Source: Propionibacteriaceae bacterium (GTDB lineage: Bacteria > Actinomycetota > Actinomycetes > Propionibacteriales > Propionibacteriaceae). From it: DNA of 24,000 nucleotides. A program made the translations under genes and the position numbers. The stretch covers positions 1,362 to 25,361 of the forward strand of contig JAISUR010000047.1 of assembly GCA_031271975.1 (NCBI GenBank), read 5' to 3'. Positions 1-8,280 of the stretch are shown piece after piece. The notes under the pieces were generated by a model. The model saw nothing but the letters and a program-made list of their open reading frames with translations, did not search any database and had not been told where the DNA came from. Within the stretch, counting starts at the first letter, position 1, and every line of letters starts with the position of its first letter.

Positions 1-1
1 G

Positions 2-1585
2 CCCAACGAGCTGATTTCGGTGATTCTGCGCGCGCGGGTCGACCTGCTGTGGAACGGCGGAATCGGCACCTACTTCAAGGCTGAGCACGAGACGCACGCG
101 GACGCCGGCGACAAGGCCAACGACCCGGTACGGGTCAACGGATCCCAAGTGCGGGCCCGCTGCGCGGTCGAAGGCGGCAACCTGGGCTGGACACAGGCCG
201 GGCGGGTGGAGTACGCCCAGCGCGGCGGGGCGATAAACACCGATTTCATAGACAACTCCGCGGGCGTGGACACCTCCGACTACGAGGTCAATATCAAGAT
301 CCTGCTCGCTGACGCCGTCGCCGCAGGCTTGCTCGACCCCGCCGAACGCGACGAGTTGCTGGCTTCTATGACGGACGAAATCGCCGTTTCCGTGCTGCGG
401 CACAACATCGCTCAGAACCTGGCGCTGTCCAATGCCCAAGCGCTTGCCGCCGACATGGCCGGCACCCATGCGGGCTGGATCAAGGCGTTGGAGGCGGACG
501 GCTTCCTGGATCGGAAGCTCGAATTCCTGCCGAGCGGCGGACAGATCCGGGAGCGGATGGCCGTAGGTTTCGGCCTCACCCGGCCGGAGCTGGCCGTCCT
601 GTTGGCCTACACGAAGATCGCGTTGAAACACTTGGTGCTCGCCTCGGAGCTCCCCGAGGATCCCTACCTGGCCGACCGGCTCACGGAGTATTTCCCGGCT
701 CAGTTGCGCGAGCGTTTTGCCCAACTGCTGCCGGGCCACCGGCTGGCGCGCGAGATCATCACCACCGTGGCCGTCAACCGGTTCGTGGATTCGCAAGGCA
801 TAACGGCCTTCCACCGGCTCTCGCTGGAGACGGGCGCCGGCATCGCGGATGTCGTGCGCGCCCAACTCGCGGCGCGCTCCATTTACTCGGTCGGTTTGGC
901 CGAGGTGCTGCTGTCGCGGATGCGCGAACTGGATGCCGCCTTGGCGACGACTTTGCGCCTGGAATTGCGGCGCATGGTGGAGCGGGCGACACGCTGGTTG
1001 CTGCACAACCGCCGGGCGCCGCTGGACATCCGGGCGGCGGTGGCCGAGTTCGCGGAGCCGGTGCATTTCTTGCGCGAAAACTTGCGCGACATCCTTACCC
1101 CCGCCCAGGCACAGCGTGCCGACGCCCGCTACCACAAGTGGGTGGCCGGCGGCGCCCCGCCGGAGCTGGCCGCGCAAATGTCCGTAGCCGGTTATGGGCA
1201 TTTCGCGCTCGGCATCGCCCAGGTGGCCAAACGGCTCAACCTCGATCCGGCGTGGGTGGGGGCAGTGCACGGACAGGTGTGCCGCGTGTTGAGCCTGGAC
1301 GCGATGGACGCCCAGGTGTACGCCCTGCCGCGCAAAGTGCGCTGGGACGACATGGCCCGGGCCTCGGTGCGCGACGAACTGCTGGGCGCGCAGGCCGAAT
1401 TGACCGCACTGGCGATCAAGGAGGGTGGCGTCGGCGACCCGGCCGACGTGGTGGCGAACTGGATCGCCAACAACCCCTCGATATCCGAGCGCGCCCAGAT
1501 GCTGCGCGAGATCGTGGCCGAGCCGGACTTGGCGCGGATGAGCGTAGGTTTGGGACAGATCCGGGCAATCCTGCGGGCGGAATGA
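2..1585 (+). CDS. gdh: NAD-specific glutamate dehydrogenase, large bacterial type (Bac_GDH family); C-terminal ~527 aa only, 5' end lies outside the window
   Basis: The frame is open from nt 2 (PNELISVILRARVDLLWNGGIGTY...), so the GTG at 20 in the ORF track is not the true start. It carries motifs I recognise from the large NAD-GDH family (DLLWNGGIGTYxKA, EGGNLGxTQxGR, INTDFIDNSAGVDxSDxEVNIKILL) followed by the long helical C-terminal region. Stop TGA 1583-1585. Confidence 0.9.
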   Translation, partial: PNELISVILRARVDLLWNGGIGTYFKAEHETHADAGDKANDPVRVNGSQVRARCAVEGGNLGWTQAGRVEYAQRGGAINTDFIDNSAGVDTSDYEVNIKILLADAVAAGLLDPAERDELLASMTDEIAVSVLRHNIAQNLALSNAQALAADMAGTHAGWIKALEADGFLDRKLEFLPSGGQIRERMAVGFGLTRPELAVLLAYTKIALKHLVLASELPEDPYLADRLTEYFPAQLRERFAQLLPGHRLAREIITTVAVNRFVDSQGITAFHRLSLETGAGIADVVRAQLAARSIYSVGLAEVLLSRMRELDAALATTLRLELRRMVERATRWLLHNRRAPLDIRAAVAEFAEPVHFLRENLRDILTPAQAQRADARYHKWVAGGAPPELAAQMSVAGYGHFALGIAQVAKRLNLDPAWVGAVHGQVCRVLSLDAMDAQVYALPRKVRWDDMARASVRDELLGAQAELTALAIKEGGVGDPADVVANWIANNPSISERAQMLREIVAEPDLARMSVGLGQIRAILRAE

Positions 1586-2427
1586 TGATCGACCTGCATA
1601 CCCATTCGGAATACTCCGATGGGACGGACCAGCCGGGCGAACTGGTGGCCAAGGCGGCCGCCGCCGGGTTGTCGGCCGTCGCGCTGACCGACCACGACAC
1701 CTTCGACGGGCTGGGGGAAGCCTATGCGGCGGGCGCGGCCGCCGGCGTGCAAGTGGTGGGCGGGCTGGAATTGTCCGCGGAATACTTGGGAGCCAGCGTC
1801 CACCTGCTCGGCTATGGGCCCAATCCCGGCGACCCGGCGTTGGGCGCCGAGCTGGCCAAGTTGCGGGCTTCGCGGACGCGCCGGATCCCGGCGACGCTGG
1901 AGCGGCTGGCGGCCTTGGGCATGCCGATCAGCGCCGCGGCTTGGAGCCAATCGGTGGGCGACAGCCCATCCCCGGGCCGTCCGCATGTGGCCGACGCGAT
2001 GATCTTGGAAGGCTATGTGGCAACGCGCGATGAGGCCTTCCACGACTACCTCGACACCGCCGCCGACGCTTATGTGCCGCGGTACTACACGCCCTTGCTG
2101 ACCGCCATCGACCTGATCCGCGGCGCTGGCGGGGTGGCCGTCATCGCGCATCCGTGGTCCCGGGATTCCCTCGCGGTGCTGAGCCCCGAGGTGCTGGCCG
2201 ACTTGGCCGCCCACGGGCTCGACGGCATCGAAGCCGACCACCACGACCATCCACCCGAGTTTCGCGCCCGGCTGCGCGCGCTGGCCGCAGACCTGGGCTT
2301 GCTGGCCACCGGGTCTTCCGACTACCACGGCCTCGGCAAGCAGAATCACGAGTTGGGGTCGTGCGTGACCGAGCCGGAGGTCTTCGCCGAGATCATGAAT
2401 CGGGTAGAGTCCAGGAACTATGAGTGA
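1582..2427 (+). CDS. PHP-domain metal-dependent phosphoesterase, TrpH/YciV (RNase AM-like) family
   Basis: ATG at 1582 is in frame with ORF 1138..2427 and overlaps the gdh stop (ATGA). The N-terminus MMIDLHTHSEYSDG plus ALTDHDT, VAVIAHP and GSSDYHG are the PHP His/Asp metal-ligand motifs. The 148 aa upstream of this ATG in the ORF track are R/G/P-rich out-of-frame read-through of gdh and were discarded. Confidence 0.85.
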   Translation: MMIDLHTHSEYSDGTDQPGELVAKAAAAGLSAVALTDHDTFDGLGEAYAAGAAAGVQVVGGLELSAEYLGASVHLLGYGPNPGDPALGAELAKLRASRTRRIPATLERLAALGMPISAAAWSQSVGDSPSPGRPHVADAMILEGYVATRDEAFHDYLDTAADAYVPRYYTPLLTAIDLIRGAGGVAVIAHPWSRDSLAVLSPEVLADLAAHGLDGIEADHHDHPPEFRARLRALAADLGLLATGSSDYHGLGKQNHELGSCVTEPEVFAEIMNRVESRNYE

Positions 2428-3517
2428 CGCAGCAGAAGACCTGGCCCAATCTACTTCCGACGCCTCCTTGCGGCGCAGCATCGCGCGCAGCAAAGAAATC
2501 GAGGCGGACATCGCGGTTCATCCCGAGCGGTACCGGATGCTCACCGGCGACCGGCCCACCGGCAACTTGCACTTGGGACACTATTTCGGCTCCCTGCGGA
2601 ACCGCGTCCGGCTGCAAACAGCGGGCGTGAAGACATTCATCGTCGTCGCCGACTACCAGGTGATCACCGACCGCGACGGCACCGGCCCGATCCGGGAACG
2701 CGTCATGGGGATGCTGGCCGACTATCTCGCCATTGGGCTGGATCCGGAACGCACCACGATCTTCACCCATTCCGCGGTTCCCGCGCTGAACCAGCTGCTG
2801 CTGCCGTTCTTGGCGCTCGTCACCGACGCGGAGTTGCGGCGCAACCCCACTGTCAAGGCCGAACTGGAAGCCACTGGAGACCGGCCCATGTCCGGGCTGC
2901 TGCTCACCTATCCGGTGCACCAGGCCGCCGACATTCTGTTCTGCAAGGCAAACCTGGTGCCCGTCGGCAAGGACCAGCTGCCGCACTTGGAGCAGACCCG
3001 GGTGGTCGCCCGGCGTTTCGACGAACGCTTCGGAAGAGCCACTGACAAGCCAGTCTTCCCCCAGGCCGAGGCGTTGCTGTCGGAGGCGCCCATCATTTTG
3101 GGCCTCGATGGCCAGAAGATGAGCAAGTCGCGCGGCAACACCATCGAGTTGGGCATGGACGCCGACACCACGGCCAAGCTCATCAAGAAGGCGGTGACGG
3201 ATTCCGATCGCCACATCACCTACGATCCGGCGGCCCGCCCGGAGGTGTCGAATCTGCTGCTGCTGGCCGGGTTGGCCCTGGATCGGCGGCCGGAGGACCT
3301 GGCGGACGAGATCGGCGACGGCGGCGGCGGCGGGCTGAAGAAGCTGCTCACCGAAGCGGTCAACGAACTCTTCGCGCCCATCCGCGCGAAGCGCGCCGAA
3401 TTGACCGCCGACCCGGGCTACCTCGAAGAGGTGCTCCGGGCCGGCAACCAAATCGCCAACGACGTGGCTGACCAGACGCTCAGCGAGGTGCGCCAGGCCA
3501 TGGGAATGGTGTACTAG
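2420..3517 (+). CDS. trpS: tryptophan--tRNA ligase (class I aaRS)
   Basis: HIGH-type motif TGNLHLGHYFGS and KMSKS motif (GQKMSKSRGNTIEL) at the spacing and length (365 aa) expected for TrpRS with an N-terminal helix extension. ATG 2420 overlaps the PHP gene end by 8 nt. An alternative internal start at M40 (nt 2537) cannot be excluded. Confidence 0.9.
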   Translation: MSDAAEDLAQSTSDASLRRSIARSKEIEADIAVHPERYRMLTGDRPTGNLHLGHYFGSLRNRVRLQTAGVKTFIVVADYQVITDRDGTGPIRERVMGMLADYLAIGLDPERTTIFTHSAVPALNQLLLPFLALVTDAELRRNPTVKAELEATGDRPMSGLLLTYPVHQAADILFCKANLVPVGKDQLPHLEQTRVVARRFDERFGRATDKPVFPQAEALLSEAPIILGLDGQKMSKSRGNTIELGMDADTTAKLIKKAVTDSDRHITYDPAARPEVSNLLLLAGLALDRRPEDLADEIGDGGGGGLKKLLTEAVNELFAPIRAKRAELTADPGYLEEVLRAGNQIANDVADQTLSEVRQAMGMVY

Positions 3518-5064
3518 AGCTTGGCCACGTGGTCTTCGGCTTCGACCCACACGATCTTGCCGTTCTGGACGCTGATCGCTTTCAGCGGTTCTGGTTCGAC
3601 GTTGTTCTGCGACAGGTCCGGATCCTTGGCCAGGTAGGCCCTCGTTTCGCGGGCTATCAAGCCGGATAGGACTATCAAGCCGATCAGGTTGGGTAAGGCC
3701 ATCAGACCGTTGAGGATGTCCGCGATGTCCCAGATGACGGTCACCGGGAAGAGCGTCCAAACCACGATCAGCGCCGTGAAAATGACCCGGTAGGGCAGCT
3801 GCGCCCAGATTCCGAGCAGTGAGACCGCGCAGCGCTCGCCGTAGTAGGCCCAGCCGATGACGGTGGACAAGGCGAAGAAGACGATGCAAATCGCGACGAT
3901 TGCGAAACCGATCTGGTTTCCGAAGGCGGCGCCGAAGCCATAGCCGGTCAGCTGCGACTGGAAGTCGCCCGGAGCTTGGTAGCTGCCGTCGGGCAACTGG
4001 ATGATCTGGTCGTTGCCCGCGATGAGATTGCCGGCCTTGTCGAGGGCGCCTTTGACTGTCTTGCCGGCCTGCCACACGCCCGAGGAGATGATGACCAAGC
4101 CGGTGAAGGAGACGACGATGATCGTGTCAATGAAGGTCTGCGTCATGGAGACCAGGCCCTGGCGCACCGGGTGCTTGGTCTGCGCGGCGGCGGCGACGAT
4201 GGCCGCCGATCCCATGCCGGACTCGTTCGAGAAGATGCCCCGGGCCATGCCCTTTTGGATGGCCAGCGCGATGGTGGAACCCAAGAAGCCGCCCGCCGCC
4301 GCGTGGCCGGTGAAAGCGTCCTGGAAGACCAGCCCGAAGGCGGGGATGATATTGCCCGCGTTGAGGCCGAGCACGATGATGCCGGCGATCAGGTAGACGA
4401 TGATCATGAACGGGACGAAGGCCGCTGTGACCTTGCCGATGGACTTGATGCCGCCGATGAGCGTGAGCCCGACCAGGATCATGATGACGATGCCGGTGAT
4501 GAGCGGTTCGATGCCGAAGGCGGTCTGCATATTCTTCGTCATGGACGACACCTGCGTGCCGTTGCCGATTCCGAACGCGGCCAACGCTCCGAAGATCGCG
4601 AAGGAGACGCCGAGAATTTTGCCTACAGGGCCTTTGATGGCCTTCTTCAGATATACCTGCGGGCCGCCCATGACCTCGCCCTTGGCGTCGAGCTCGCGGT
4701 ACTTGGAGCCCAGGAAAGCCTCGGAGTACTTGGACGCCATGCCGAGCAGGCCGGTGATCCACATCCAGAACAGGGCGCCCGGGCCACCCGCGCCGATGGC
4801 CGTGGCCACACCGACGATGTTGCCGGTGCCGACGGTGGCCGCAAGGGCGGTGGTCAGCGCTTGATAGTGCGAGATGTCGCCTTCTGAGTCGGGATCCTTG
4901 CGCTTGAACAAGCCCAGCTTCAGAGCCGGCCACAGTTTGCTGAACTGTATGCCGCGCAGCCGGATCGTCAGGATCAGGCCGGTGGCGGCGAGCAGCGGGA
5001 TGAGCAGCCACATGCTCCAAACGAATGAGTCGATGGCGCCAACGATCTTGGAGAATTCTTCCAT
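3514..5064 (-). CDS. alanine/glycine:cation (Na+/H+) symporter, AGCS family
   Basis: 516 aa polytopic membrane protein. The N-terminal region (GDISHYQALTTALAATVGTGNIVGVATAIGAGGPGALFWMW) is the signature of the AGCS (TC 2.A.25) family. A GAGGAA Shine-Dalgarno lies about 5 nt upstream of ATG 5064. Confidence 0.9.
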   Translation of the reverse strand: MEEFSKIVGAIDSFVWSMWLLIPLLAATGLILTIRLRGIQFSKLWPALKLGLFKRKDPDSEGDISHYQALTTALAATVGTGNIVGVATAIGAGGPGALFWMWITGLLGMASKYSEAFLGSKYRELDAKGEVMGGPQVYLKKAIKGPVGKILGVSFAIFGALAAFGIGNGTQVSSMTKNMQTAFGIEPLITGIVIMILVGLTLIGGIKSIGKVTAAFVPFMIIVYLIAGIIVLGLNAGNIIPAFGLVFQDAFTGHAAAGGFLGSTIALAIQKGMARGIFSNESGMGSAAIVAAAAQTKHPVRQGLVSMTQTFIDTIIVVSFTGLVIISSGVWQAGKTVKGALDKAGNLIAGNDQIIQLPDGSYQAPGDFQSQLTGYGFGAAFGNQIGFAIVAICIVFFALSTVIGWAYYGERCAVSLLGIWAQLPYRVIFTALIVVWTLFPVTVIWDIADILNGLMALPNLIGLIVLSGLIARETRAYLAKDPDLSQNNVEPEPLKAISVQNGKIVWVEAEDHVAKL

Positions 5065-5101
5065 TTGTTTCCTCGTCCACTAAGGGGAAAAATGCAGAAT
5101 A

Positions 5102-5130
5102 ACCTTAGGGTGCCGAAAAGAGCCTCGCAA
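5102..5130 (-). promoter_or_regulatory. candidate sigma-A type promoter for the AGCS symporter (TTGCGA - 17 nt - TAAGGT)
   Basis: Read on the minus strand in the only AT-rich stretch of this region: -35 TTGCGA (5130-5125), 17-nt spacer, -10 TAAGGT (5107-5102, fits TAnnnT), about 38 nt upstream of the ATG. Sequence pattern only. Confidence 0.3.
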
Positions 5131-5156
5131 TAGTAACGTTTAGATTACGAGATGGC

Positions 5157-5402
5157 TCACGGGGTGCGCACCACACCGGGGTCTACGCGCGGCAGGTCGT
5201 CATTGCCGACCACCCAAAGCACGCCCAGCACCACGGCCGCAGCCAAAGCCAAGCCCAGCAGGATGCCTGCGATCAGCCCCTTGTGGCTCTTCGGTTTCGA
5301 AGGTGCGGCAAACATCATCGTCGGCTGTGAACTGGCGGTGGCAAATACGTTCGCCGCCGCACCTTCAGGCAAACGCTGCTTTGCGGACTCGGTACTGGTC
5401 AC
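5157..5402 (-). CDS. small hypothetical single-pass membrane protein (81 aa)
   Basis: GTG start at 5402 preceded by GGAAGG 7 nt upstream. One clear hydrophobic helix (GLIAGILLGLALAAAVVLGVLWVV) preceded by basic residues (KPKSHK). I recognise no family. Confidence 0.55.
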   Translation of the reverse strand: MTSTESAKQRLPEGAAANVFATASSQPTMMFAAPSKPKSHKGLIAGILLGLALAAAVVLGVLWVVGNDDLPRVDPGVVRTP

Positions 5403-5464
5403 TAGGACGCCTTCCGTATCGGGGTCGGTACCTAGCTTAGCGCGTGTTAGTCACGTATGTGGCA

Positions 5465-6445
5465 TCAGCTCGGAATCAGGAGGGCGACACACTCCACATG
5501 GTGGGTGTTCGGGAACAGGTCGAAGGCCCGGATACCGCCCAATTCGTAGCCGAATTCGGCCGCGGCGCGGATGTCGCGGGCAAGCGTCGCCGGGTCGCAG
5601 GACACATAGGCGATCCGGCCGCCGGTGCACAGTTCGCGCATCACATGTGCCCCCGCCCCCTTGCGCGGCGGATCCAGGACGACCAGGTCGGCCTTCCCCA
5701 GGTGGGCCTTGCCCACATCTTGGGCGAAGAAGCGGGCCGCCGGCACGTTGCGCCGGGCGTTGGCCACTGCTTCCCGATTGCCCTCGACGCCGGTGACCTG
5801 GCATCCGGCGTCCGCGAGCACGGCGGCGAAGAGGCCCACCCCGCAATACAAGTCGAGCGCCGACTGCCCGGGCTGGGGGCGCAGGAAATCGAGGACGGCC
5901 TCGGTCAACACCTGGGGTGCGGCGACGTGTGGCTGCCAGAATCCGTCGGGTGCGACCTGGAAGACGCGGTCGCCCAGTCTTGTTTGGGGGTTCGCGGCCT
6001 CCAACAGACATCTGCCGACCGGGACCAGCTCGTGCGAGCGGTACTTGTGCAGCGCCGGCTTTCCGTCGCAGGAGGCGTATTTCATGCGGGTCCGCCAGCC
6101 GAAATCGTCTGGTTCGACTGCCGCCACGCCGACTGGCACGCCGAGCAGGCCGCTGGCGATTTCGGATTTCAGGGCTCGCTGGGCCGCTGGATCCAGGTGC
6201 TGCCAATCGCAACCGCCGCACACGCCGGCAAACGGGCACGGCGGTATCCGGCGCGCCGGGTGTGGCTCCAAGATTGCCACCGCCGTGCCCCTGGAGTACT
6301 TCGACAGGACCTCGTCAACGCGTAAATTGATCAACTCGCCGGGCGCTGTGCCGCGGACGAAGACAACTCTGCCGTCCACCCGGGCGACGCAGCTTCCCCC
6401 GTTGGCGGGGCCTGCGACACGCACTCGCTCGACGATCAAAGACAC
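5465..6445 (-). CDS. 23S rRNA/tRNA (uracil-C5)-methyltransferase, RumA/TrmA (RlmD-like) family, compact form with TRAM domain and Fe-S ligands
   Basis: N-terminal TRAM-like segment (GGSCVARVDGRVVFVRGTAPGELINLRV). Cys pattern CPFAGVCGGC has the same spacing as the RumA [4Fe-4S] ligands. SAM motif LDLYCGVGLFA, VVLDPPRKGA, catalytic-Cys motif YVSCDPATLARD, and C-terminal FDLFPNTHHVECVALL. GTG start at 6445 has no obvious SD. Confidence 0.85.
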   Translation of the reverse strand: MSLIVERVRVAGPANGGSCVARVDGRVVFVRGTAPGELINLRVDEVLSKYSRGTAVAILEPHPARRIPPCPFAGVCGGCDWQHLDPAAQRALKSEIASGLLGVPVGVAAVEPDDFGWRTRMKYASCDGKPALHKYRSHELVPVGRCLLEAANPQTRLGDRVFQVAPDGFWQPHVAAPQVLTEAVLDFLRPQPGQSALDLYCGVGLFAAVLADAGCQVTGVEGNREAVANARRNVPAARFFAQDVGKAHLGKADLVVLDPPRKGAGAHVMRELCTGGRIAYVSCDPATLARDIRAAAEFGYELGGIRAFDLFPNTHHVECVALLIPS

Positions 6446-6525
6446 GGTTCATGGTATCGAAACCGAAAATGACTACATCGTGTTGCGGTGTTCCACTGGG
6501 AAGCTACAGCGGCTAGGCTCAATAC

Positions 6526-7314
6526 ATGGTCGATTACATACATGGCCATGGTGAGTCTGTGTTGCGCGCGCACCGGCTGAGAACGGCTGCCAACTCCGCG
6601 GCGTATTTGGTGCCCCTGCTGTCGAAGGGCCAGTCGTTGTTGGATGTCGGATGTGGCGAAGGGACGATTACCCGCGATTTGGCGCGGTCTGTCGCCCCGG
6701 GCGAAGTTGTTGGTGTCGACTCCGCCCAAGAAGTCATAGAACTGGCGCAAGCCGGCGAGCAACTGGCAAACCTGAGCTTCCAGACCGGCGACATCTACAA
6801 CCTCGGTCTCCCCAGAAGGTTCGACGTGGTCCACGCGCACCAAATCATGCACCACCTCCCCGATCCTGTTGGCGCTTTTCAGGCACTTGCGGCCGTTACC
6901 AAGCCCGGCGGAGTCATCGCCAACCGCGAGGGTGATTTCTCGGCCGCCTTCTGGTATCCGGAATGTGCGGGCTGGGGCATTTGGCAACGTGCCTTCTTGC
7001 AAGTCGGCAGGGCGCAGGGCCGCGACTTGTCGGTGGCGCGCAAGCTTCCGGCTATCTTGAAGCAGGCCAATATCGGCGAGGTGACGGTGTCTGCGAGCGT
7101 CTGGACCTATCCTGGCTTCGCGTCGCTGGAAGACTTGGCCGAGAGTTGGGCCGGGCGCTTGACTGAGCCGCCGTTCTCCGACCTCGCGGAGGAATCCCGC
7201 GTGGCGAACAAGGCGATCCTCGCGGAGGCGGCGCAGCAGATAAAGTCGTGGGCCCGCCAGCCGGAGGCCTTCTTCGCCTTCCCGCACGTGGAAGTCATCG
7301 TGAAGGTCAGTTGA
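6526..7314 (+). CDS. class I SAM-dependent methyltransferase (UbiE/Methyltransf_11-like), substrate unknown
   Basis: Motif I LLDVGCGEGTITRDLA, acidic post-I VVGVDSAQ, FDVVHAHQIMHHLPDP and KPGGVIA are the canonical Rossmann methyltransferase blocks. 262 aa, ATG start. Confidence 0.8.
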   Translation: MVDYIHGHGESVLRAHRLRTAANSAAYLVPLLSKGQSLLDVGCGEGTITRDLARSVAPGEVVGVDSAQEVIELAQAGEQLANLSFQTGDIYNLGLPRRFDVVHAHQIMHHLPDPVGAFQALAAVTKPGGVIANREGDFSAAFWYPECAGWGIWQRAFLQVGRAQGRDLSVARKLPAILKQANIGEVTVSASVWTYPGFASLEDLAESWAGRLTEPPFSDLAEESRVANKAILAEAAQQIKSWARQPEAFFAFPHVEVIVKVS

Positions 7315-8242
7315 CCACGTTCACCGGGTTCCCGGCCAAATACTGCTCCAGGTTGCTGACGGCCACGTCCATGAGGCGCTGCCGTGCGGCTTGCGGGGCC
7401 CAGGCGATATGGGGCGTGATGATGACATTTGGCGCGCTCAGCAGTGGGTTGTCGGGCTTGATCGGCTCGGTGGAGACCACGTCCAGGCCTGCGGCGTAGA
7501 CCTTTCCCGACCGCAGGGCCGCAGCCAGATCAGCCTCGTTGACCATGGGCCCGCGGGCCGTGTTGATCAAGATGACGCCATCGCGCATCTGGGAGATAGT
7601 GTCAGCGTTTATCAGGTTGGTGTTCTCGGGCGTGAGCGGGGCGTGCAGGGAGATGATGTCGGAGTTTGCCAGCAACTCTTCCAACGTCACGGTAGCTTGG
7701 GGCGAATACGGGTCGTGCGCGATTGTCAACATGCCGAAACCGTGCGCGATGTCGGCGACAGCCTGGCCGATGCGGCCGTAGCCGACCAGCCCCATGGTCT
7801 TTCCGGCGAGTTCGATGAGCGGGAAATCCCAGAAGGTGAAGTCGGGGCAGTTTGCCCAGCGGCCGGCCTGCACCGCCGCGGCGTGGTGCCCGACGCGGTG
7901 GCAGATTTCCAGCAGCAGCGCGAAGGTGAACTGGGCCACCGCCGCTGTCCCGTAGGTAGGGATATTGGTCACCGGAATGCCGCGGGCGCGCGCCGCTGCC
8001 GTGTCGACGACGTTGTAGCCCGTGGCCAGCACGCCGATATAGCGCAGATTGGGGGCTGCGGCGATGGTTGCGGCAGTCAGCGGGGTCTTGTTGGTGTAGA
8101 CGGCTTCGGCGTCGCCGATCCGCTCGGCGATGAGTTCCGCCGGCGTGCGGTCGTAGACCGTGAGGGCTCCCAGGGCCTCAAAACCTGCCCAACTGAGGTC
8201 GCCGGGATTCTCCGTGTGGCCGTCGAGGATTACTATGTCCAT
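7307..8242 (-). CDS. D-isomer-specific 2-hydroxyacid dehydrogenase (glycerate/hydroxypyruvate reductase-like)
   Basis: NAD-binding GKTMGLVGYGRIGQAVA. The catalytic-domain pattern (RYIGVLATGYNVVD, INTARGPMVNEADL, TPHIAWA) is typical of the family. The ORF track starts at 8263 (MPIKMAAM...). I prefer ATG 8242 (MDIVILDG...) because family members usually start right at this beta-strand. The start is uncertain by 7 codons. Confidence 0.85.
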   Translation of the reverse strand: MDIVILDGHTENPGDLSWAGFEALGALTVYDRTPAELIAERIGDAEAVYTNKTPLTAATIAAAPNLRYIGVLATGYNVVDTAAARARGIPVTNIPTYGTAAVAQFTFALLLEICHRVGHHAAAVQAGRWANCPDFTFWDFPLIELAGKTMGLVGYGRIGQAVADIAHGFGMLTIAHDPYSPQATVTLEELLANSDIISLHAPLTPENTNLINADTISQMRDGVILINTARGPMVNEADLAAALRSGKVYAAGLDVVSTEPIKPDNPLLSAPNVIITPHIAWAPQAARQRLMDVAVSNLEQYLAGNPVNVVN

Positions 8243-8280
8243 GGCGGCCATCTTAATTGGCATCGGATGAAAGGGTTCTC

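Noticed and set aside
1138-1581. N-terminal 148-aa extension of the PHP gene ORF (track start 1138), and the 439-aa minus ORF 1192..2511
   Set aside because: The extension lies in an alternative frame of the well-supported gdh C-terminus and is RGRP-rich. The PHP family N-terminus (MMIDLHTHS) begins exactly at ATG 1582. The minus ORF is antisense to both genes and has no motifs.
2393-4075. 560-aa minus-strand ORF spanning trpS and the 3' part of the symporter gene
   Set aside because: It is antisense or out of frame to two genes with strong family motifs. The translation is Arg/Gly/Pro/Leu-rich with no recognisable domain, the typical high-GC shadow ORF.
3976-5080. ORFs 3976..4887 (+, 303 aa), 4001..4396 (+), 4400..4864 (+) and 4127..5080 (-, 317 aa) inside the symporter gene
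   Set aside because: All overlap the AGCS coding sequence, which has an unmistakable family signature and TM pattern. The alternatives are D/G/R-rich or H/R-rich low-complexity translations.
5065-5156. Possible glycine riboswitch upstream of the alanine/glycine symporter
   Set aside because: AGCS genes are sometimes glycine-riboswitch controlled. However, the whole intergenic region is only 92 nt and I could not recognise the conserved glycine-aptamer core. A plain promoter plus SD explains it better.
5444-6554. Plus-strand ORFs 5444..6325 (293 aa), 5625..6554 (309 aa), 5917..6330, 5152..5796, and minus ORF 5451..6239
   Set aside because: They overlap the RumA/TrmA-type methyltransferase (all catalytic motifs present in the 5465..6445 frame) or the small membrane protein. 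Their composition is R/P/G/A-rich without motifs.
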